Shown here: positions 53,301 to 61,634 of the stretch, piece after piece | Position numbering within the stretch: the first letter of the stretch is position 1 | How the letters are laid out: each line of letters starts with the position of its first letter | Assembly: GCA_973895155.1 (NCBI GenBank) | Contig: OZ316893.1 | Location: 18,321,836-18,385,835, forward strand | Direction: 5' to 3' | DNA: 64,000 nt | DNA from: Marsupella aquatica | Taxonomy: Eukaryota; Plantae; Marchantiophyta | Notes under the pieces: model-generated | What the model saw: only the letters and a program-made list of their open reading frames with translations | Database searches by the model: none | Told to the model about the DNA's origin: nothing | Position numbers and translations under genes: made by a program

Positions 53301-53600
53301 TCTGGTATGAAGTCTCACCACCATGAACTGTTTGCTGGGATCTTCATGTTCAATAGAGGTGATGTGTTGAAGTTGATTCTTGGTGTAGACAGCAATGCCT
53401 CCAAACCCTCTTCCCCGTGTGGTCTTCTTCTCATTGAAGATGGATTGTATGCAAGTAAAGCCTTTAATGCTAGGTAGAGCATTTCCCTCATATTCCCAAG
53501 TCTCCGTGAAAAGCAAGATGTCAAAATTCTCAAACAAAGGTTCCCCTCCAATTGCTGTTTCTATGGAAAGTCCTGAAACATTCCATGCCATGACTCTCAA
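50379..53600 (-). CDS. LINE ORF2: AP endonuclease + reverse transcriptase + C-terminal Cys/His finger, 1073 aa
   Basis: AWNV, FTETW, VGDFNAR, IDYLL, SSHLP; FVDFSKTFD, QGCPLSP, FADD, YKYLG; start codon uncertain (TTG 53600 or ATG 53591). Confidence 0.97.
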   Translation of the reverse strand: MRVMAWNVSGLSIETAIGGEPLFENFDILLFTETWEYEGNALPSIKGFTCIQSIFNEKKTTRGRGFGGIAVYTKNQLQHITSIEHEDPSKQFMVVRLHTRGTPSFLIVTYFAPLNMNVYKMGIADAHYPFHRLIQVIHDISPLGETWIVGDFNARVSNEQFTESEDLGTLPWSSCSEEIPWVREALDTRTNDMTRHFLHLGASCNLRILNGLERFPQSSGYTFRSKQGCSTIDYLLASPTSATRVVDFQILDQQPESSHLPLLFHLDLTTIPNKVHRKPVPKPLFLDPDREVIFKANFEHLLHTLDDQIELSEVIAQAAASTFSTKPPRKQNMKAWFDEDCARARMQARSHSGEKRLLAFTMYKNFIKHKKRCFLKSHQQSLCEEFIKHPKRFWERMQSGKTIPPLDHQDLVTYVTSLHFFPDASGMPLPLGDTIQFTEREVKVHLSHMQHGKAKDLLGLNLELLLWGGPSLLTNLVHELNQAMALGLPKAWMTKRVVPIFKAGNKDDVHNYRTIMVGNTFAKVLGGLLEARLSSWLESEMKRAPSQAGFRREFSTMDHILCLRVLCEKAKSPHKPLFCLFVDFSKTFDKVSRSKLWDRMVELEVPEELRLAVSKLYQEVRIKLSKETSEEIWSTLGVIQGCPLSPTLFGIFIDQLHNILEEHGGVGTQLGRFVLQLLIFADDVVLLAHAQEALQRHLNALEEFCQATGMVVNLKKTKCLGIGTRQNPELYFQGNLVEFVRTYKYLGVEFSQNLSWASCVKSRAANGYRAFYAFMNKCKRAGLHTWRLRKHLFGALVKPVILYGAPIWGAGVSKSGWQQIEGLQKLFLEMELGIKSQTPYALTLAEAGLFPLEVEALFHTLKYIMRVRELEENRFPFHALRSSSAKGWYADVCRWAHAWDFPEHEWPTHPTKLRAKLEQKALHKLWHEPSPRQQYYMRDVNPMKKYREQEYLSSTISVQLRQLIAQYRLSSHHLEVEQGRWKDIDRKKRVCQLCDSSSIENEYHVFIACKFYEGVRMASQILVKDLYALFGLPPQQLGRYIFAVDRERRIGLENLSGLSRSIGLSRSIVSLRT

Positions 53601-53612
53601 GGTCCCGATCCA

Positions 53613-54383
53613 TCATTTAGAAACAACTCTCTTCTTATTGGTAACAACAGCTTGTCCATTGCGCAAGTAGGTTACCAATCCTTGGTCTTTGGCTACCCTC
53701 ACCTTCTCAAGCTCAATTTTCCTTGCTTGGACTTGTGTGGGAGTCAGATCATCATCCAACCAAATCCTTAGCCCTTTAAGCATGCTCCTGTTAGCCATCA
53801 CTCTAGCTTTCTCGGATTCAGCTGCAAACTTCACCAAGATTGGACGTGGAAGGTCCCCCTTCTTTTGCCCAATCCTATATGCTTGCAAAATGATAGGGTC
53901 ATGCACTTTCATCTGAGATTGGAAGAATGAAATTGCTACCTTCTTGGTGTCTTCCTTCTCCTCCTCAACAAGGCCTGATATTTTGCAGTTGCTGACTCTT
54001 GCATGCTGGTTCTTGTGTTCTTCTTCTAGTGCTCTCCTCTCCTCCTCCTTGGCTTGGACAAATTCCATATGTGATTGTTTTGCAGCCTGTGCAAAGGTTT
54101 TGAGCTTCTCCTCAATCTCCCCTACAGCCTCATGTATCACTGATTTCTCTGGGCACATACTCTTCTCCATGTCTCCAAAACACGATGCAAGCAATGAGAG
54201 TTGCTTACCATTCTCCTGAGTTTGAGATCGAAGATCACTAATCAACCTCTTTTGCTTGACATTCTCATTCTTTAGCTCCGTCACCTCCTTGCTGAGCGTG
54301 GTAATCTCAATTGCGGAGTTTTCAGCCACAACTAAGATTTTCTCAAGCAAAGCCTTGAGATGGGCAATCTCCTCCGTTGCCAT
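53613..54383 (-). CDS. LINE ORF1: coiled coil + RRM + CTD (L1/Transposase_22-like), 256 aa
   Basis: ATG at 54383 (MATEE); NCKISGLVEE, AYRIG..PRPILVKF, IWLDDDLT. Confidence 0.9.
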   Translation of the reverse strand: MATEEIAHLKALLEKILVVAENSAIEITTLSKEVTELKNENVKQKRLISDLRSQTQENGKQLSLLASCFGDMEKSMCPEKSVIHEAVGEIEEKLKTFAQAAKQSHMEFVQAKEEERRALEEEHKNQHARVSNCKISGLVEEEKEDTKKVAISFFQSQMKVHDPIILQAYRIGQKKGDLPRPILVKFAAESEKARVMANRSMLKGLRIWLDDDLTPTQVQARKIELEKVRVAKDQGLVTYLRNGQAVVTNKKRVVSK

Positions 54384-54390
54384 CACAAAG

Positions 54391-54975
54391 CTTTGCCAGT
54401 GATACACTCTCGCTATTTGCAACACTCTGCCAAAATCTGAGCTCAAACCCCAGCCGATTGCCCTTCCAACTCGAAGTGAAATTTCGCCCCAAGCTCAGAA
54501 TCCCGAAACTGGACACGTAGCAGATCGTGCATGCTAAAGTGCATACCAAACGATGTCGGTTGTAGCTCTAACTTTGCCAGTGATACATTCTCGCTGTTTC
54601 CAATGCTCTGGCAAAGTCTGAGCTTAAACCGTAGCCAATTTCCCTTCCAACTCGAAGTGAAATTTTGCCCCAAGCTCAGAATTGTGAAACTGGAGACGTA
54701 ACAGATCGTGCATGCTAAAGTGCATATCAAACAATGTCGGTTGCAGCTCTAACTTTGCCAGTGATACATTCTTGCTGTTTCCAATGCTCTGGCAAAATCT
54801 GAGCTCAAATCACAGCCGATTGCCCTTCCAACTCGAAGTGAAATTTCACCCCGAGCTCAGAATCGCGAAACTAGAGACGTAGCAGATTGCGCATGCTAAA
54901 GTGCATACCAAACGATGTCGGTTGCAGCTCTAACTTTGCCAGTGATACATTCTCGCTGTTTCCAATGCTCTGGCA
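54391..54975 (-). repeat. 181-bp tandem monomers (~3.2 copies) in the LINE 5'UTR
   Basis: ctttgccagtgataca recurs at 54391, 54572, 54753 and 54934. Confidence 0.92.
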
Positions 54976-55034
54976 GATTGAAGAAGGCAAGCATCTCGTC
55001 CAACGACATTGGTTCCTTCCTCTCCATGTGGTTG

Positions 55035-55245
55035 CACCCAGCTCGACAACGTCCACACGCAGCTCGACAACGTCCGCACCTTGCCTTAAGGTCCGCACCC
55101 AGCTTGACAACGTCCACACGCAGCTTGACAACATCCGCACCTTGCCTTAAGGTCTGCACCCAGCTCGACAACGTTCCCACCTTGCCTTAAAGTCCGCAAC
55201 CAGATCGACAATGCCCGCACCCTGGTCGACAACGTCCGCACCTTT
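55035..55245. repeat. Minisatellite of ~20-bp units (cagctcgacaacgtccgcacc / ttgccttaaggtccgcacc)
   Basis: About ten interleaved degenerate units of two types. Confidence 0.85.
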
Positions 55246-55771
55246 ATCGACCTAGTGACTCCAAAAGGTTGACATAGTGACTACCAAAGGACGATGATCG
55301 GTGGACACCCATAACATGCAAGCTTCAACAAGTAGAGGACCGTTGAGTAAACAGTCCAATCGCGACACGATATTTTGAAATAGACCCGACTGAATTATGT
55401 AACGACAATATACGAATGGCGACAGGATGGTGACAGAACGCATGAACGATATTATGATGTAAAGGTTCGAGGAAAACATGCACTTTGGGGAGCGCCCGAC
55501 GCTACTAAAGGAAGAGACCAATTTAAAACCTTTTATACAAGAAATACATGTATCTCGATAACAGCGCCCGGCGCTACTGAAGACAACAAGTGGTTTTTAG
55601 AATTTTATTATGAGCATATGAAATGAAATACATGTCTTTTCATAACAGCGCCCGGCGCTAGTAAAAGCTGGAAAAGAAATATACATCAATTATCAGTTTA
55701 TGATTCAGAGCTCTGTGATCTTTCGGTAGAGATTGCTTTGTCATCGACATACTTGCTCTTAGAAACGTCGT

Positions 55772-58700
55772 CTACATACGGGTTTCTAACAAAAAATTTG
55801 TCAACTCCTCTTCAAAGGTGGAGACCTTTGTTTTCCCAGCACAGAGTCCTTTGACTATCCTCCTTTCTCGCAGCGTTCTCAGCGTAAGACGGCAAAACAA
55901 ATGGTTTCTCCGCTGTATCCATTTCAAAACGTAACTTTTCTTCTGAGTGGAAGCGCTTTCTGGTATTCCATTTGGACCTGGGTAGATAACCAAGTAAGAC
56001 AACCGATTGAAAGATACAATCAATAGCACAAAATGCATGAAGGAGCTGGAAAAGAGAAAGAAGCTTACGAGTTTCAGAACATTACTCGAAAGAGTCATTG
56101 CTATCACTCTCGCCAGCAGATTGCTCCTTACCCCCCCTGAGTTGTCTCCCCATCCACTTCATCTACGGTCCCCCCACTTGACTCATCATCGGAGTCAAAA
56201 TTAAGTATAGACCGGAGCTTGTCCCTCTTTTTCTTTTCCGGTGGTTGAATTGGGGGAGGCAAGGTTTCTACTTCCTTAGACGAGAGTAGATTTAAGAACA
56301 CCTTGGAACCAGTTTCAACAAAATCCTTCCGATTCTCCAGTCCAATTACAAACCTCCCATAATAGTCTCCAGCTACAAAAGAGCTACCCAAACCAACTGT
56401 CCAATCTATGAAAATATCCTGAGGCTGAGTGATGAGCTCTATCACAGACTGCATGAATCCAACCAACAAACGGGCATTCCCTGTGAATTCCATCTCAGGT
56501 GTTGGATCTATGTTGAGAGTGGGAAGCCCAATTAAATTAGTGATGGAGGGATCTTCTGTAACAGACCGAGGTCTAAACCTCGAGTCTTTGGGTACTTTCC
56601 CTTTCTGAGATACTCGGCAAAAGACGTCTAGCCTAAGCGTGAATATCTGCGTGATAAACCAAGAATGATATGTCATTCCATGCATTCATACACATTCTTG
56701 AGTGTAAAAAACAGAGATCACGACTTGGAATTTACCTGTCGGTCAGTCTTTGGCGCGTATATAGGAACTGACATAACAACATTGTGTGTGGAGATGCAAT
56801 GAAACTTCTTTGATTCCTGACATGCGGATATAACCTAAGAGATAGGATCGTACTCCCCATTATGCAAAACTGCTAGCATTCCGTCATCTGATAAAAATGG
56901 GTCCATTCCACGAAAGAATGATGTTGCCAGTGTGTGGTCGGGTATTCCATTTCGGGACTTTTCTGTCTAGCAGCGATGGTTTCAGACCCGTAGGAAGGTA
57001 AATGAATCCTGCGTATACTCCAAAGGATCTTTCCTTCCCCCCACGGACAATGCCTTGTCTCGATATCCCAACTTTATGAGGTCCTTTGCCCATTTCTCTA
57101 CACCATTTACCCAGTCAGGCTTCTCCTCTTTGTTGAACGTTGTGTCATAGAATTTTGAGATGCTAGACTCAACCATGCAATGCCTTGAAAGAGTGTTTTT
57201 GAAGTCACCAACTTCACGTTGAACACCCGTTGCAGCCGCACTTTCCCGAGCGGAGGAGGATCCACCTTCAATTGCCCTTTTTTGCTTCTTTCTAGTACTG
57301 ACCGCATCTACTGGAGCAATTGACTTCCCTTTCTTGATGGGTGTAAGTGGGTCAGATGGAGGCCCTGTATTGGCTTCAGATGCCTCTGGGGTGGCATCTA
57401 TCTTTGTATCACCACTGCCGATGGCGTCTGACTTTCTCCCTACTCAAATGGAAGCCGATGTTAGATTTTGAGCGTATGGAAAACGCAAAGTATACTAACG
57501 CCCGGCGCTGGCCAAACTTTCTCGAAGAGATGGAAGCAAATATATATATTTCTGGAACAAATGAGACAAATGCAATCTAACATATATTGAATGGCATAGC
57601 AGCGCCAGGCGCTAACCAAAGAACTACAAATTATACTTACGTTTTTTCCCGTACCTTGTTGATTCACTGGGGACAGCAGTATCAGCTTTCCCTTTCGCGC
57701 GAGGCTTTTGGCTTTGGTCAACGTGAACAACTGTGGTCTCACAGTTCATTTGCAATTTTATTGTGGACTTATCTACATCGTCCGCTAGTCCCTGCTTCAT
57801 GTCAGAAACAATATTGACTGGTATCTAGGACTTAGAGAGCTTGTGGAAAGCATCCTTTTCTCGGTGATCAAGGGCCAGTCCCATCTGTCTGTATCTAGGT
57901 ACCATGGACAGTGGGTTCTCTCCCATTCACTTAAAGGTCTCACTGGGAAATTCCCTCCGCAGGGTACATAGAGTACAAATCAGATAAATTGTCACCTTCT
58001 GATATTACTGTCCACTTCTGAAAAGCGGCGGGATATGCCCAGAAGTAATCAGGTCTAGTTACTTCCATGTGGATATAAAATTGGTAGAGGTACCTTTTTG
58101 CTCGCTTCTGGTTCTTCAAAGAGTAGTCCTCTTTGTTCGGATACTTCGAAGGCCACATTGTATTAAAAAACTTACTCTTGATTCACATGCCCAGGCTTGC
58201 AAGCGATTCTCGGGAATGATTTGTTGGACCTCTCTCAAAGCACACTGTAACATCCCCACTGCAATCCCCTCTACATTGTTCCACATAATCCAGGTATGAC
58301 ACCACTGTTTTACTGGATCATCATTGACGCTATTCGGATGGAAGAATTGCCTTCAGAGCTCCGGATTGCAATGGACGACAAGCAAAGTACTTTTGAGCTT
58401 GGGTTTGAGTGTGGAAACAGCAGTAAAAAGCCTGGCTCGGTCCATCGTACACAAGACGGTATCAAGTTTCTTCTCTCTCTTATTTCTATATGTCACAGCA
58501 TACATTTCTGCGCATGTAGACAGAAAGTCCTCAAATTATGGACTCAACAAGGGAGTGATTTTTGATGTTTTCACTGCCCACTCCTTGGTGGCCTCCTTCA
58601 TCATTACGGCATGCCTTGTGGAAACCTCCTCGGCTGACCAAGGGGTACCTAGGGCCGCAGCGGACTCCATGTCAAGCTTGAACTGGTTAGAATATGATTT

Positions 58701-59746
58701 AATCTTATTCTCACATAGAATATAAACAAGAGCCTCTTGAGGCATCTTCTTTGTGTACCAGGATCCTTTCCGTGTCTTCAGCCTGATCTGCTCAAACTTC
58801 TTATAATTGGCAGGGTCGATGAGCTTACTATAGTACTCCAGGTCGTGAATCAAAATCCTCTTGATTCGATCTGCGTCAAGGATCCATGACGGTTTGACCA
58901 CGTCTTGTCCAAGCCTGAAGGAAAAGAAAGCAATTAGAAAAACATTTAAGCAGCGCCGGGCGCTCGTAAAACAATTTCTCTCCAACATATGCTATAAAGA
59001 CAAACTTACTGGTTCACGGTGTGCATCGCCTCTTCAATTTCAATCAGTGAACCCTTGTCCCCATTGAAGACAATACAGAGCACTCGTGAGTGGTATTTCT
59101 GGTTTTCTGGATTCTCCTTAGTGACAAGCGTCCAGGAGTACAACCGATGGTTCTCATCAAAAACTGAGAACATATTATCCTTCAGAACGAGAAAATTGGG
59201 GTCTGTCGCACATTCTTCCTTGAACTTTTTGTTTTCGGATGTCCATATTGGATCCCAAGTATCACGAATTTCCTGTGTGCAAGTGAGCGTCACACCCTCA
59301 GCGTCCGTCGGCTGAACATAAAACCTCATTCCTATCGAAAAATTGTATCCCATACTATGAAAAGAGTCTTTCAACTTGTCAATGGAGGAGCTATCTTTCT
59401 GCAAAGTGCGGACGACCTCCATGTGCACCAACCGACACAGCGGAATCCTAGGAGGCTCTTTGTTAAACCCTCAGAAATCCTTCCCAAAGAACATGACATG
59501 TTTTGAAATAAGGTCGGTCTCCGAGAATGAGACATCTCCGATTGCAAATGTGTCAACATTCTCCATCTTTTTTCGCGTCGGCTTCGGAAACGAATTACTT
59601 GAGATGGGAACAAGCGATGCGCTTGACCTTGTCACTTGACGTGTATACACCAAACCTGAAAATGAAGACTTAGAAAACTCGCAATAGCCACGATCACGAT
59701 CCCCAACTACACTATACCCCCTCGACGAGGAGGGGACTACATCCAT
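55772..59746 (-). pseudogene. Multi-exon ParB/Srx-like + beta-class amino-DNA-methyltransferase-like gene, decayed
   Basis: IPLCRLVHMEVVRTLQ..KLKDSF..GY..FYV and FSVFDENHRLYSW (ParB DGNHR-like); FIYLPTG, FLSDDGMLAVLH and ELITQPQDIFIDWTVGLGSSFVAGDYYGRFVIGLE (MTase motifs); GT-AG introns 58915-59009 and 56647-56735; stop at 59471 and frameshifts; the 3' boundary is uncertain. Confidence 0.7.
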
Positions 59747-59828
59747 CGTCTCCCGCGATGAGTATTGTACGAACGGTCATACACTACAATTCTCACGATC
59801 GAATACTGAATCTCCATACCAAATTAAT

Positions 59829-59854
59829 ATGGTAATGGTAATGGTAATGGTAAT
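59829..59854 (-). repeat. Isolated (CATTAC)4 tract, probable tail-only family A insertion
   Basis: atggtaatggtaatggtaatggtaat with TAATA at both junctions and no LINE body. Confidence 0.65.
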
Positions 59855-60719
59855 AGTTGATGGAGTATTATACCCGATTGATCAGTGCTATCTCCCTCCA
59901 TGTAATCTATTTAAGAGACGTTACGATGAAATTGGGTATTACTTATCGTTAAAACAAAGCGACAATCTAAGAACTGTGACAGATATTAATGTAAAATCCG
60001 CTAAACTGTTTTCGTGAAGATCACGCTAACCGTAGTTACCGTTAAATATTACCGTTGACCAGACTACTAAAACTTGGTAATGCATTGCTAGCATCGGGCG
60101 CTAGTCAAGCTGTACCCACATTGGTCATAAAGTTTAATGTTTTCAATAGATAGCGCCAGGCGCTACCCATTCCGTGGTCTATTCACGGTTCTGTTTTTGG
60201 TCCCAGTTTATGTGAAATTTTTGAAAATGAAGAACTTTAGGACGTAGGAAGTTTAATTTTGTTCACATTTGGTCCTTAAATATGGTGTACCAATACTAGC
60301 GCCCGACGCTAGTACATATATCACTGTATGGTGCTTAAATTTGGACAATATTGCATTTTAGATACAAAAAAGTAGACTTATTGGTGTCCACTGTAATGCT
60401 AGCGCCCGACGCTAGTCTGGTGTGTGACTGAATTCTGACCTTATAAATCCTGGAATTTTTGGTAGCGCCAGGCGCTGCTGAAATCATGTGAATTATCCTA
60501 GCCTATCCTAGCCTATATGTGTTCATTTTGACACAATAAATATCCCTGACACCCGCACTTACCGGGGCAAAAAGGACAAACTCTACATTTATGATTTCAA
60601 CGGACACAATTCTATGTCGTATTCAAACAACTTTTATAACGGTTAGTCATCTTCACGCATGAGTATAAGCATTCCATTTGGGAGGAATTTGCTTTGTTGA
60701 TTCCTTTATTTTCTCCACA

Positions 60720-61634
60720 ATGTCTCACTCAATTGTAATTACACGTGCTTGTACTGGAGACGTCGTCAAGATCCCCATGCAAGTTTCTGATGCTTACAAG
60801 CAAGTTAGTGAAACCTACCTTTGCGGGAGATTTGATTTGAGGATGAATGATATTGAGTCCATTGTTCCGCAGGAATCGACGAGTGGAGAACTTCAACGGG
60901 CTGCGGCATTTGATGTAGATGAGGGAGTACGCTTTTGGCATATTAATGTCGGGGTTAGTTACACGCTTAATGTCAGACGTGTCGCTCCGGAACCAGCAGT
61001 CGGGAACATTCCTGTTGTTGTTGTTGACATATCTGATAGTGAAGATGGTGATGTTGCACCCACTCCTCCATCGCAGGACAAAGTTCCGGTTTCCGCTTTT
61101 GTTAAGGATGAGCCGGTGGCTACCTCCGGAGGTTGTCATAAAGTCTACCGGAGGAGTGCGATTGATGCCTTACTCAAGGCCATGAGACATAGTGAACTGT
61201 CAAGATTTATCTCGGCAGGGGACTTCCGGCATGAGCAAGTTCCTTGTTTGCCAGACAAGTACAACAGAAATGTTGTATTTGAATTGCCTCCCATTGAGGG
61301 AATGCTCTCCAAGGGATCTAGACTTCGTGACATGGACCGCGCCAAAGATTGTTACATTTGGACCCAAATTTTTCCAACAACTGCGAACGTGCATCCAAAG
61401 AAACATTGGGAATTTGGTAAGGTTACGTGTACCGGGTTCATCGAGTGCAGGAACAAGTCTTGTGAGTACTTTCAGCGAAAGAAAAGATGCAATGCAAAGG
61501 CCTGGCATGGTGCTCCTAAACTCAGTGGCCAGCACGTGGTGGGTTCGTTGATTGAAGAGGGTGGTGTAGTCTATCACTATTGTGAGCAGATTCCTTTATG
61601 TGTGAAGTCTTGCCCTGCTCGCTTGTTTTATATG
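60720..61634 (+). CDS. Putative DNA transposase N-terminus with GCM/WRKY-like zinc finger (Mutator-related?), interrupted by a LINE
   Basis: LPDKYNRNVVFELPP..MDRAKDCYIW..CTGFIECRNKSCEYF..N..W..YC..P.CVKSCPARLFY; the stop is supplied by the LINE tail; catalytic domain not in window. Confidence 0.55.

Larger units (their letters stand above)
50257..54975 (-). mobile_element. Full-length LINE family A (5' monomer array, ORF1, ORF2, 3' stem-loop, CATTAC tail); 5' end may extend to ~55250
   Basis: Intact ORF1 and ORF2, tail at 50257-50272. Confidence 0.93.
55491..60476. repeat. Eleven dispersed 13-bp palindromes AGCGCCNGGCGCT
   Basis: Starts at 55491, 55563, 55647, 57497, 57601, 58952, 60090, 60152, 60298, 60401, 60464. 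Confidence 0.9.

Noticed and set aside
53611-53615. TGATG stop-start coupling as the ORF2 initiation site
   Set aside because: That ATG is out of frame with ORF2 and terminates after 27 codons.
55772-59746. Bacterial contamination as the source of the ParB-MTase gene
   Set aside because: It has GT-AG introns, transition-type decay and is flanked by the same young LINE family as the rest of the window.
55491-60476. Palindromes or 181-bp monomers as a CRISPR array
   Set aside because: Repeats are 13 bp with irregular spacing (or 181-bp tandem units without unique spacers), there are no cas genes, and the context is a spliced eukaryotic locus.
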